In this document: piece by piece, positions 42,712-51,557 of the stretch
Position numbering within the stretch: position 1 is the stretch's first letter
How the letters are laid out: each line of letters opens with the position of its first letter
Source of the DNA: Candidatus Hydrothermota bacterium
GTDB taxonomy: Bacteria; Hydrothermota; Hydrothermia; B15-G9; DRBW01
Length of the DNA: 62,395 nt
Direction: 5' to 3'
Assembly (NCBI GenBank): GCA_021158525.1
Contig: JAGGUL010000038.1
Coordinates: 1-62,395, forward strand
The notes under the pieces: model-generated
What the model saw: only the letters and a program-made list of their open reading frames with translations
Told to the model about the DNA's origin: nothing
Databases searched by the model: none
Made by a program: the position numbers and the translations under genes

Positions 42712-43167
42712 CGAGTCCTCGAGGAATTTTCTGATCTTTTCCTCGAGTTTTTCCCTGTGAGTTCCTCTCCAGTAAATTCTCTTGCAGCCGGGGCAGTAAT
42801 AGAATTCTTGATGGACGCGGTATACATGAAAGGGCACAAGTCCCTTCACTTTTTCTCTGAAGACCTTCTCGAGGGGGGTGTTGCACTCCAGGCAGCGCGT
42901 GAACGGATCGATTTTGTCCTTGAGTTTGAAGTGTTTGAGCACTGCCCTCACCTGTTCATCGGTTTTTTCGGTGGGGAGGAAAAAGAAATCTATTTTGCCT
43001 TTGAAGTCGAGGATGGCGGTGTTACGAGTTAGCACGATCCGTTTTTCTTCCCGGGCTTTCCTCACCAGAGATTTGATATCCCCTTCCCTGTGGTATTCGG
43101 CATCAAAGCCCAGAAGCCTGAGATATCTGGCCAGCTTTCCGGCCATGGAGTCTACAAGGAATCTCAT
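42688..43167 (-). CDS. Mut7-C RNase domain (DUF82, PIN-like plus zinc ribbon) protein
   Basis: MRFLVDSMAGKLARYLRLLGFDAEY N-terminus. C-terminal CLECN...CPGC ribbon. Confidence 0.8.
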   Translation of the reverse strand: MRFLVDSMAGKLARYLRLLGFDAEYHREGDIKSLVRKAREEKRIVLTRNTAILDFKGKIDFFFLPTEKTDEQVRAVLKHFKLKDKIDPFTRCLECNTPLEKVFREKVKGLVPFHVYRVHQEFYYCPGCKRIYWRGTHREKLEEKIRKFLEDSSEKASSL

Positions 43168-43961
43168 CTCGCGGAGAGAGCGATCAGTATTTCCCTCATG
43201 AGAACTGCGGCTGTGACGGCGGAGTGGTTTCCGGGGGCGGCCAGCGGATTGAACTCCACCATGTCGGCTCCTATTATTCTTCCGCGGAGCAATTTTATGA
43301 CCTCTAAAAGTTCCAAGAAGCTTATGCCCCCGGGTTCCGGGTTGGTCACGGCGGGGAACTCGGAGGGGTTCAGGACATCGAGGTCAAGCGTCAGATAGAG
43401 GGGCCTGTCTTTCCATTTCTCGAGCTGTGTCATCAACGGTTCCAGCACCCTGAAGGGCTTGCCACAGCCAGGCTCATTTTCTTCGGGACCTCGGCTTCTG
43501 TATCCGAAGGAGCAGATCCTGTCCTCTCCGATGAGCTCCTCAAGCCTTCTTATGACTGTGGCATGGGAGAAGTAACGTCCCTCGAAAGTGTCTCTCCTGT
43601 CGAGGTGGGCGTCGATATGAAGGATGTGGATGTCGTCCCAGATCCTCCCGGCCGATTTCACGAGGGGATAAGTTATGAGGTGATCACCGCCGAGGGCAAG
43701 GAAGGGATATCCGCCTTCCAGGACCTTGTCGATGGCCGTTTCGATCTTCTTCAGGGTTTCCTCTGGTTCGGAATCGGCGCCAGGATAGAGATCCCCGATG
43801 TCTATGTATTCAGGCATCGGAGCCCTCTGATAGATGCTGTAGAACTCGATGGACTCGAGAGCCCAGCGGATTTTCTGAGGGCCAAGGGAGGCGCCGCTCA
43901 AGAAATTTCCCTTTCCCTCGAAAGGAATGCCGAAGACGATCAGTTTATCTCTCGATCTCAT
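43164..43961 (-). CDS. speB: agmatinase / ureohydrolase (arginase family)
   Basis: Mn-binding motifs LGGDHLITYP, ILHIDAHLD, LTLDLDVLNPSEFPAVTNPEPGG. Confidence 0.88.
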   Translation of the reverse strand: MRSRDKLIVFGIPFEGKGNFLSGASLGPQKIRWALESIEFYSIYQRAPMPEYIDIGDLYPGADSEPEETLKKIETAIDKVLEGGYPFLALGGDHLITYPLVKSAGRIWDDIHILHIDAHLDRRDTFEGRYFSHATVIRRLEELIGEDRICSFGYRSRGPEENEPGCGKPFRVLEPLMTQLEKWKDRPLYLTLDLDVLNPSEFPAVTNPEPGGISFLELLEVIKLLRGRIIGADMVEFNPLAAPGNHSAVTAAVLMREILIALSAR

Positions 43962-44775
43962 CTCTCATGAATGGCGGCAGGGTGAAAGCAGCTCTGTGTA
44001 TATGCTCGTCGTAATACCTGAGGCCTTCTGGGGGTTTCCTCTTTAATTCGAGGGGATCGACGCTGTCGGAGGCAAAGGCAAAACTCCATAAAGAGCCGGG
44101 ATAGGTGGGGACAACGGCGTTGTAAAAATTCACCCTCCCGAATATGGAACTCAGGATTTTCTTCTGGCTTTTTATGAAGTCCATGTGCAGAAATGGCGAT
44201 TCACACTGGAGGGCGAGTATCCCATCGCGTCCTATAAGGGCCTTTATATCCCGGTAAAAGCCCTCGGAAAAGAGTATTTCCGCCGGTCCCACGGGATCTG
44301 TAGAATCCACCAGCACGACGTCATAACTGCTTTTGGCGGTTTTCACGAATTTTGCCCCGTCACCGATCACAACTTCAGCTCTCGGATCAGAAAAGCTGAT
44401 CGATAACGAGGGCAGGTGGCGCTTCGCCAGGTCGATCACATCCCTGTCGAGTTCGACCAGGGTCGCCTTCCCGACCTCGGGGTAACGCAATACCTCCCTG
44501 AGGGTTCCGCCGTCCCCTCCGCCGATGATAAGCACTCTCTCCGGTTTCGGGTGGGTCGTCAGGGCGGGGTGTGCCAGCATCTCGTGGTAGAAGAACTCGT
44601 CTTTCTCCGTTGTCATCACGCAGCCATCGAGAACCAGGACTTTGCCGAAGACGGGGTTGTCGAAGATCCAGATCTCCTGGTAGGAGCTTTTTCTGTATGC
44701 AATGGGTTTGCTTATCTCGAGGAGAATTCCCGATGATGACGTGTGTAGCTCGTTGAACCAGTTTCTGCCCGCCAT
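43945..44775 (-). CDS. speE: spermidine synthase-type aminopropyltransferase (GGGDGG type)
   Basis: ORF 43945..44820 trimmed to ATG 44775 (MAGRNWFNELH), 1 nt after the pdaD stop. YHEMLAH, VLIIGGGDGGTLREVLRY, VLVDSTDPVGPA. Confidence 0.88.
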   Translation of the reverse strand: MAGRNWFNELHTSSSGILLEISKPIAYRKSSYQEIWIFDNPVFGKVLVLDGCVMTTEKDEFFYHEMLAHPALTTHPKPERVLIIGGGDGGTLREVLRYPEVGKATLVELDRDVIDLAKRHLPSLSISFSDPRAEVVIGDGAKFVKTAKSSYDVVLVDSTDPVGPAEILFSEGFYRDIKALIGRDGILALQCESPFLHMDFIKSQKKILSSIFGRVNFYNAVVPTYPGSLWSFAFASDSVDPLELKRKPPEGLRYYDEHIHRAAFTLPPFMRDEIER

Positions 44776-44776
44776 A

Positions 44777-45250
44777 TCACCACACCGCCACGCCGGCAAA
44801 GGCGCATGATGGTCCCGCAACCTCGATGCTCGAGGAGACTACCAGTATCTCTTTTATCTCGCAGCCCCTTGTGATCAGGGCCTGTTCAGCCATGTAACGC
44901 GCTCTCTGCCTGGCATAATCCTCGTCAAACTCGCCGGCTATCTCCGCGATGATCCCCACACAGCCCCTGTCGACGGGCAATCCCACAGCCACCGCGGCGG
45001 ATATCAGCCTTCCTCGTTCCGAGCTGCATACCGATCCGTAGGCTATCGGGAGAAGGGATCCCTCGGGCAGATCGACTGAGTCAGCCATCTTGGATCCGGG
45101 CGGGATTATGCTGGAGACTTTCAGGAGGTTGTAATTCCCAATGCCGGCTTTGAGGAGCGCATTGTCGAAAGCGTTCAGTTCGGTGGGGCCTTCGGCGGCC
45201 CCGGCTGCCATGAAGAATTTCTCAGGCTTGCCAGATAAAGGGTTTGCCAT
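44777..45250 (-). CDS. pdaD: pyruvoyl-dependent arginine decarboxylase
   Basis: FFMAAGAAEGPTELNAFDNALLKAGIGNYNLLKVSSIIPPG including the VSS self-cleavage context. 157 aa. Confidence 0.88.
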   Translation of the reverse strand: MANPLSGKPEKFFMAAGAAEGPTELNAFDNALLKAGIGNYNLLKVSSIIPPGSKMADSVDLPEGSLLPIAYGSVCSSERGRLISAAVAVGLPVDRGCVGIIAEIAGEFDEDYARQRARYMAEQALITRGCEIKEILVVSSSIEVAGPSCAFAGVAVW

Positions 45251-46136
45251 CTCTGAAAATCTCTCCTCGCTTCAGATCCCGAAGCAGGTAGTTTGGGAGG
45301 GAGAACATGCCCTTCATTACCTCGGCATTCAGGAAGTAGAGTTCCTTTAACCCACGGCTTTCCATGCGATTTCCGAGCTCGGCAAGATCGATGCTGAGAG
45401 GAGATTTTTTCTTGGATGCCAGGACGAAGGCCCACAGGAGTTGAAACGAGAAAATGAAGGTCACATAGACGCTAACGTGCTCGAAGACCTCCCGAAGGGT
45501 TCTGTAGAGACCCGTTACGAATTTGTTATAGAGCGGGTCAGCGCTGCCTGCCTGGGCAACATAGAGTCCCTCCTCGTCGAGGATCTCGTAGATTCTGCTC
45601 AGAAATTCGAGGGTATAGAGGGAAATGGAGGGCCCTTCCTCAACGGGCTCCGTGAGGTCCGAGATAACCACATCGAATTTCTCGTCTGTATCGAAGACAT
45701 ATTTCCTGGCGTCGCCTATGATAATTTCACTCCTTTCATCCTCAAAGGCTCCCTGAGACCATTCCGGCATATACTCTTTGCAGACCTCTACCAGTTCCCC
45801 GTCGATGTCCACCATGACGGCTTTTTCCACCGTGGGGTGTCTGAGCACTTCCCTCAGAGTCGCTCCCTCGCCTCCGCCGGCAATGAGAACCCTTCCGGGT
45901 GAATGGTGAGAGAGCAAGGCAGGATGTACCAGGGCCTCATGATAGACCCTCTCATCTATCTGGGCGGACTGCAATTTGCCGTCAAGAAACAAGGTCTTAC
46001 CGAAAGCATAAAGGTCAAAAAGATCAACCCTTTGAAATTTCGTCCTGCCCTGATATAAAACCTCTTTTACCCTGTATTCAAACCTCAGGTTTTCAGTATA
46101 GGGTTCTATATACCATAAGCTGTCATCGCCATCCAT
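45222..46136 (-). CDS. second aminopropyltransferase paralog (GGGEGA type, resembles thermophile agmatine/polyamine aminopropyltransferases)
   Basis: YHEALVHPAL, VLIAGGGEGATLREVLRHPTVEKAVMVDIDGELVEVCKEYMPEW, VISDLTEP. Confidence 0.85.
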   Translation of the reverse strand: MDGDDSLWYIEPYTENLRFEYRVKEVLYQGRTKFQRVDLFDLYAFGKTLFLDGKLQSAQIDERVYHEALVHPALLSHHSPGRVLIAGGGEGATLREVLRHPTVEKAVMVDIDGELVEVCKEYMPEWSQGAFEDERSEIIIGDARKYVFDTDEKFDVVISDLTEPVEEGPSISLYTLEFLSRIYEILDEEGLYVAQAGSADPLYNKFVTGLYRTLREVFEHVSVYVTFIFSFQLLWAFVLASKKKSPLSIDLAELGNRMESRGLKELYFLNAEVMKGMFSLPNYLLRDLKRGEIFRDGKPFIWQA

Positions 46137-46153
46137 ACTTCACCGCCGTTTAG

Positions 46154-46555
46154 TCAAGGAACGCCCGAAGCAGCTTCTTTACGTCTGCTGAATGCCATCA
46201 GCTCGTTGGGCTTGCCTCTGAGCAGCTCCGTGGATTTAATCATGGTTGGTTTGAAGGCTTCCTTGAGAACCTGGATGGCCTTTTCGATCTCGATTTCGTC
46301 GCTGCAGTAAAACAGATCGATGGCTGCATAGGCGTGTTCGGGCCATGTATGGATAGTGTAGTGAGATTCCTCTATGACCACCACACCAGAGACGCCATAG
46401 GGATTGAACTGGTGGAAGTTGTGAGCTACAACGTGGGTTTTGGATTCCTTTGCGGCTTTCAGGAAGGCTTTTTCAACATATGGAACTTCTTTTAAGGTTC
46501 CAGGGTCACACCCAAAAAACTCCAGGATCAGATGGGTACCCAGAGCCTTTTTCAA
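46154..46555 (-). CDS. speD: S-adenosylmethionine decarboxylase proenzyme (small bacterial/archaeal type)
   Basis: LGTHLILEFFGCD and VVVIEESHYTIHTWPEHAYAAIDLFYC (E-S self-processing site). SD AAAAAGGAGG. Confidence 0.9.
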   Translation of the reverse strand: MKKALGTHLILEFFGCDPGTLKEVPYVEKAFLKAAKESKTHVVAHNFHQFNPYGVSGVVVIEESHYTIHTWPEHAYAAIDLFYCSDEIEIEKAIQVLKEAFKPTMIKSTELLRGKPNELMAFSRRKEAASGVP

Positions 46556-46586
46556 TTCATCTTACCTCCTTTTTGGGTTTAGACAC

Positions 46587-46646
46587 TCACCAGTTATCCA
46601 CATACAGAAGTCCGACACAGTGCTTGCATCGGTCTCCTTCACTCAT
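46587..46646 (-). CDS. 19-aa upstream (leader) ORF MSEGDRCKHCVGLLYVDNW preceding speD
   Basis: Below the ORF-track cutoff. SD AAGGGAGG, 8 nt, ATG 46646; TGA at 46589..46587, 13 nt before the speD SD. Sits 24 nt downstream of a consensus promoter. Confidence 0.5.
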   Translation of the reverse strand: MSEGDRCKHCVGLLYVDNW

Positions 46647-46679
46647 GATATCGACCTCCCTTTATGTCGAGCGGGCTTT

Positions 46680-46708
46680 ATTATAGTCAGATAGCCCCCC
46701 AAAGTCAA
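46680..46708 (-). promoter_or_regulatory. sigma70 promoter of the leader ORF-speD polyamine operon
   Basis: Minus strand TTGACT-TTGGGGGGCTATCTGAC (17 nt)-TATAAT. Confidence 0.6.
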
Positions 46709-46811
46709 GGTGTGGCGATCGAGCCAACAGTGCGCGAAAAGGGCATTTTCGCCGTCTTTCGGTTGATGGCGGTACCCTCCGGCATTATCATTATTCAAAA
46801 GGAGGAGAGAC

Positions 46812-47117
46812 ATGGAAGGAAGACCCCCCTTCAAGATTGAGGTTGATGAGAACAAAGGAGAGGGAATCTATTCGAACCTGGCAATGATAACCCATTCTCC
46901 TTCGGAATTTATCATTGATTTTGCCAGGGTTATGCCGGGCCTGCCCAAAGCCAAGGTCCACGCCCGAATAGTTATGACGCCACAGCACGCGAAGCTATTG
47001 CTTAAGGCTCTGGAAGATAACATCAAGAAATACGAAAATCGATTTGGCGAGATAAAACTGCACGGTCTTGAGCAGAAGAAGGTGGGCTTTGTCGGCGTAG
47101 ACGAGGAGGGAACTTAG
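46812..47117 (+). CDS. DUF3467-family small protein
   Basis: GEGIYSNLAMITHSPSEFIIDFARVMPGLPKAKVHARIVMTPQHAKLLLKALEDNIKKYE. SD AAAGGAGGAG. Confidence 0.8.
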   Translation: MEGRPPFKIEVDENKGEGIYSNLAMITHSPSEFIIDFARVMPGLPKAKVHARIVMTPQHAKLLLKALEDNIKKYENRFGEIKLHGLEQKKVGFVGVDEEGT

Positions 47118-48199
47118 TTAAAGGCCCTGTCTATTATCCCTCCGGCCACAAGCACGTCACTCTCGTAGAAGGCGGCTATCTGGCCGGGCGCGGGCGCCCA
47201 TTGGGGTTCATCGAAAGCTATCAGTGCTGTTTGTTCTTCTAATTTCTGGATGTGAGCCTCTGCGGGCTTGTGGTTCTGCCTGATCCTGACGCGGTATGAT
47301 TTTCCTTCCCTGAGGGGTTCGAATTGGTTCAGAAGTTTCACTTCCAGAAATTTTCTGTAAGCCGACCGCTCCTCACCCAGGATCACGTCCCCCGTTGTGG
47401 GATCGATGGACAGGACATACAGCCTTTTGCCACCAGCCACTCCGGTTCCCCTTCTCTGGCCCAGCGTGAATCTGTAAAATCCCTCGTGCTCTCCGAGTAT
47501 TTCTCCGCTCTCCGAAAGGATTCTGCCCTTTCGTTTTCCTATTTCCCTCTCGAGAAAATCCCTGTAGCTCTCCCCCGTCAGGAAACATATTTCCTGTGAT
47601 TCCGGCCTTATAAGACTCATGAGGCCAGCCTTCTCCGCTATTTCCATGACCTCCTTCTTTTTCATCTCCCCGAGGGGAAAATAAAGATGGTCGATAAGCT
47701 CGGGCTCGATGAGGGCCAGAAAATAGGATTGATCCTTCTTCCGATCAGAGCCCATTGCGATGGATTTTCTCTCGCCTCTCCGTTTTATGCGGGCATAATG
47801 TCCGGTAGCTATGAGGTCCGAGCCGGTCCTCCTCATCGCCCCGCGGAGGCCTTTGAACTTGACGAGCCTGTTGCACATCCCGCAGGGATTGGGTGTACGG
47901 CCGGCAAGGTATTCGGCGACGAAGTATTCGATGACTTCTTTTCTGAACTCTTTTCTCTGGTCGAGGATGATGAGCGGGACATCGAGCTTCTCCGTTATTT
48001 TTTCTATCAGGGGTACGATTACGTCGGAATGCCAGTCGAGGAGAATCAGCGTTATCCCGATGGCAACCGCACCGGCCTTTTTTAGCAGGTAGAGGGAAAC
48101 GGTTGAGTCGAGGCCGCCCGAAAGCCCGACGACGACCCTTTTGTTCTTCAGCGCATCACCCTCAACACGAGATCCCTCGGCTCGGTCCTTTCCTTCCAT
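47114..48199 (-). CDS. mnmA: tRNA 2-thiouridine(34) synthase MnmA
   Basis: PP-loop VVVGLSGGLDSTVSL, NPCGMCNRLVKF, ATGHYAR, KDQSYFL. ATG 48199 preferred over the GTG 48211 used by the ORF track. Confidence 0.9.
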   Translation of the reverse strand: MEGKDRAEGSRVEGDALKNKRVVVGLSGGLDSTVSLYLLKKAGAVAIGITLILLDWHSDVIVPLIEKITEKLDVPLIILDQRKEFRKEVIEYFVAEYLAGRTPNPCGMCNRLVKFKGLRGAMRRTGSDLIATGHYARIKRRGERKSIAMGSDRKKDQSYFLALIEPELIDHLYFPLGEMKKKEVMEIAEKAGLMSLIRPESQEICFLTGESYRDFLEREIGKRKGRILSESGEILGEHEGFYRFTLGQRRGTGVAGGKRLYVLSIDPTTGDVILGEERSAYRKFLEVKLLNQFEPLREGKSYRVRIRQNHKPAEAHIQKLEEQTALIAFDEPQWAPAPGQIAAFYESDVLVAGGIIDRAFN

Positions 48200-49449
48200 A
48201 CGGTGTAACACTCCTCCAGGAGAGATTTCGCTTCCTTAACGCGAGCTTCCTCATTGCCCCTTATTTCGAAAAGGGGTGCGCCTTTTTCTACTCTATCTCC
48301 TATCTTCTTGAGGACATAGATCCCCACCTTCGGATCTATGGGATCTTCCACCTTAGCCCGGCCTGCACCGAGAAGGGCTGCGGCTGTACCTATTTTGTAA
48401 GCATCGTAATGGGCCAGATAGCCCTCCTCAGTTGAAAGGACCTCGTCAATTATCTTAACCTGAGTGAAGTCCTCGGAAAGGGGAGCGTCGGGGTCTCCCC
48501 CTTGATTTTTGACCATCTCCACCCATTTTTCATAGGCTTTTCCTGTAGAGAGGACCTCTTCCAGTATCCTTCTGGCCTCGCTGAGCTTGGGACTCAGGCC
48601 TGCCAGGATCAACATATAGGAGCCCAGGATCAGGGAGAGTTCCCTCACGTCCTCCGGCCCCTTGCCCCTCAGCACCTCAATGGACTCCACGACCTCGAGG
48701 GCATTGCCGACGGCGTTGCCCAGAGGCTGATTCATGTCGGTGATAAGAGCGAACATCTTCTTGCCCATCGATTTCCCTATGGACATGAGGGTTTCGGCCA
48801 GCTGCTCCGCGTCATCGAACCGCCTCATGAAAGCCCCGGAGCCTGTTTTCACGTCGAGAACCAGACCATCGATGCCCTCGGCCAGTTTTTTGGACATTAT
48901 GCTCGAGGCGATCAGAGGAATGCTGTCCACCGTTGCCGTGGCGTCCCTGAGCGAGTAAAGCTTTCTGTCGGCTGGAACCAGATCTTCCGTCTGCCCCGCG
49001 ATCGCCACTCCTATGTTTTTCACGCTTTCCACGAACTCCTCCTGAGTCAGGCCCGTCTTGAAGCCGGGAATGGATTCCAGTTTGTCGAGGGTGCCGCCGG
49101 TATGTCCCAGGGATCTGCCCGATATCATGGGCACTTTGACCCCGGCCGATGCCACCAGAGGAGCGAGGACCAGCGATATCTTATCGCCCACACCTCCCGT
49201 TGAGTGCTTGTCGATCTTGGGCCCATCTATCTCAGACAGATCTATCACTGTTCCGCTTTCCATCATGTATTTCGTAAAAAGTGCCGTTTCCTCCATGTCC
49301 ATCCCGCGGAAATAAACGGCCATCAAAAAGGCCGTGAGCTGATAATCGGGCGTACTTCCCGTAACCGCCCCTTCTATGATCGATGCTATTTCTCCTTCAT
49401 TGAGCTTCTTGCCGTCGCGTTTTTTCCTGATTATGTCGACTGCTCTCAT
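48148..49449 (-). CDS. deoA: thymidine / pyrimidine-nucleoside phosphorylase
   Basis: MRAVDIIRKKRDG, KHSTGGVGDKISL, SGRSLGHTGGTLDKLESIPG. Confidence 0.92.
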   Translation of the reverse strand: MRAVDIIRKKRDGKKLNEGEIASIIEGAVTGSTPDYQLTAFLMAVYFRGMDMEETALFTKYMMESGTVIDLSEIDGPKIDKHSTGGVGDKISLVLAPLVASAGVKVPMISGRSLGHTGGTLDKLESIPGFKTGLTQEEFVESVKNIGVAIAGQTEDLVPADRKLYSLRDATATVDSIPLIASSIMSKKLAEGIDGLVLDVKTGSGAFMRRFDDAEQLAETLMSIGKSMGKKMFALITDMNQPLGNAVGNALEVVESIEVLRGKGPEDVRELSLILGSYMLILAGLSPKLSEARRILEEVLSTGKAYEKWVEMVKNQGGDPDAPLSEDFTQVKIIDEVLSTEEGYLAHYDAYKIGTAAALLGAGRAKVEDPIDPKVGIYVLKKIGDRVEKGAPLFEIRGNEEARVKEAKSLLEECYTVWKERTEPRDLVLRVMR

Positions 49450-49465
49450 TTCTAAAACGCTCCTT

Positions 49466-50620
49466 TCAAATGATGTATTTGGCCTCTGCTCTGGCTACCA
49501 TGACGTTGGTCATGGCAACGATGGCCTTTCTCTCGCCGACTGCTCCGATCCCCTCTCCTCTTTTCCCCTTTATCGAGATCCTGTCCGTCGGAATACCGAG
49601 GACCCCGGATATATTGCCCTTCATCTTGTCGATGTAGGGAGAGATGAGCGGTTTCTCAAGAAGCACTGTAGAATCAATATTTAAAACCCAAAATCCGTTT
49701 TCTTCAAGAAGTTTATTGGTCCTGTCGAGCAGATACAGGCTGGAAATACCCTTGAATTCCAGGGATGTATCGGGGAAAAGCTTTCCTATGTCGCCGAGGC
49801 AAGAGGCTCCGAGCATGGCGTCTATTATGGAATGCAGGAGGGTGTCTCCGTCGGAATGGGCCACGGCGCCGTAAGTGGTCTCGATCAACTCTCCGCCGAG
49901 GTAAAGTTTTCGGCCCTCTTCCAGGCGGTGCAGGTCGTAGCCGAAGCCGCTTCGTACCTCGCCCATCATGTAGTTTTTGAATATCTCGATGTCGCTCCTG
50001 TATGTGATCTTTAGATTTTCCCTGTCCCCCTCGATGAAGTCGGGGATTACGCCCAGGATTTCGATGAGCAACGTCGATTCATCGCTGAATTCGCTGAGCC
50101 TCTCCCCGGCCATCTCGAAAGCCTTTTCAAGGATCTCCCTGCGAAAGCCCTGGGGGGTCTGGACCAGGAGAACCTGTTCCCTGTGTATCCTTTCGATTCC
50201 AGATGATCCCTCTTTCAGTGTGGTCTCGACGGGATTTATCGCGGGGACAACAGCCTCTTTTGTCTCGAGCAGATCAAGGATGCGGTTTATCAGGGCTTCG
50301 CTGACGTTGGGACGGGCGCCGTCGTGCACCAGAATTATATCTCCCCGGGCCTTTTCGAGCCCCTTTTTCACCGACTCCTCCCTGTGGCAGCCGCCCTCGA
50401 CTATTTTCATCGGGATGTTTCCCAGATAGGCTTTCGCCTTTCTGACGTTCCTGAAGAGTTCTTTCCTCGTCGCAACGATTATCTCGTCGATCCTGCCGGT
50501 TCTTACGAAGGGGAGGAGCGTGTAGAAGATGAGGGGCCTGCCGAGGATCTCGCAGGTTATCTTTGCCTCGCCGAACCTCCGCGATTCCCCGGCTGCTGCC
50601 ACGACGAGAGAGACTTTCAT
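49466..50620 (-). CDS. ispDF: bifunctional IspD/IspF (MEP cytidylyltransferase / MEcPP synthase)
   Basis: N-half VVAAAGESRRFG...VHDGARP. C-half RSGFGYDLHRL...AHSDGDTLLHSIIDAMLGA... Confidence 0.92.
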   Translation of the reverse strand: MKVSLVVAAAGESRRFGEAKITCEILGRPLIFYTLLPFVRTGRIDEIIVATRKELFRNVRKAKAYLGNIPMKIVEGGCHREESVKKGLEKARGDIILVHDGARPNVSEALINRILDLLETKEAVVPAINPVETTLKEGSSGIERIHREQVLLVQTPQGFRREILEKAFEMAGERLSEFSDESTLLIEILGVIPDFIEGDRENLKITYRSDIEIFKNYMMGEVRSGFGYDLHRLEEGRKLYLGGELIETTYGAVAHSDGDTLLHSIIDAMLGASCLGDIGKLFPDTSLEFKGISSLYLLDRTNKLLEENGFWVLNIDSTVLLEKPLISPYIDKMKGNISGVLGIPTDRISIKGKRGEGIGAVGERKAIVAMTNVMVARAEAKYII

Positions 50621-50629
50621 CTCTTCCTC

Positions 50630-51547
50630 CTATTCCAGATCGGGCCTCAGGACCTTTATCCTGTGGATGGCCACCCTTTTGATCTCGTCCATTGCGCTCG
50701 ACAGTATCTTGCGGGGGTCGAAGACAGCGGGGTTTTCTTTCAAAAATCTGCGCACTGCATAGGTAAAGGCAAGTCGAAGATCGGTGTCCGCGTTCACCTT
50801 TCTTATGCCTCTTTTCACCGCCTCCCGAAGTTCGTCATCGGGCACGCCCCTTGCGCCCTTGATATCGCCTCCCAGTTCGTTTATTCCGTCGACGAGCTCT
50901 CCGGGAACGCCCGACGCGCCGTGAAGGACAAGCGGGACGTTCACGCGGTCTCTTATCTCCTCGAGCCTTTTCAGATCCAGTTTGGGCTCTCCCTTGAATT
51001 TGTAAGCCCCGTGGGAGGTACCGATCGCAACGGCAAGGGCATCCACTCCCGTTTCTTCGACAAACCTTTTCGCATCATCGGGATCCGTCAGGAAGGCCTC
51101 CCGCTCGTCGACCGAGACGTAGTCTTCGATTCCCTTTAATCTGCCCAGCTCGGCTTCCACCGTGACGCCGACAGCATGTGCTATCTGAACGACTTTTCGC
51201 GTTATCTCGACGTTCTCCTCGAAAGGCCTGTCGGAGGCGTCTATCATCACGGAGGTCCAGCCGTACCTTATGGCCCTGACCACCGATTCAAGGCTCTTTC
51301 CGTGATCGAGGTGAAGCGCGACGGGGATAGGCGCCTTTTCCCCGAACGAATGGACGACCTTCGAAAGGCAATCGATGCCCGCATAATCTATGGCTTTCTC
51401 GGATGTGGCGATTATCACGGGCGTCTCTGTTTCAATGGCAGCATCGATTATTGCCCTCGTCAGCTCTATGTTGGATGTATTGAAAGCTGAAACGGCAAAC
51501 CCGCCCTTTTCTGCCATTTCCAGTATTTCTTTCATGGTCGTTATCAT
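50630..51547 (-). CDS. fba: class II fructose/tagatose-bisphosphate aldolase
   Basis: GFAVSAFNTSNIE, VALHLDHG, SVMIDAS, AIGTSHGAYKF, LVLHGASG. Confidence 0.9.
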   Translation of the reverse strand: MITTMKEILEMAEKGGFAVSAFNTSNIELTRAIIDAAIETETPVIIATSEKAIDYAGIDCLSKVVHSFGEKAPIPVALHLDHGKSLESVVRAIRYGWTSVMIDASDRPFEENVEITRKVVQIAHAVGVTVEAELGRLKGIEDYVSVDEREAFLTDPDDAKRFVEETGVDALAVAIGTSHGAYKFKGEPKLDLKRLEEIRDRVNVPLVLHGASGVPGELVDGINELGGDIKGARGVPDDELREAVKRGIRKVNADTDLRLAFTYAVRRFLKENPAVFDPRKILSSAMDEIKRVAIHRIKVLRPDLE

Positions 51548-51557
51548 CGAAATCCTC

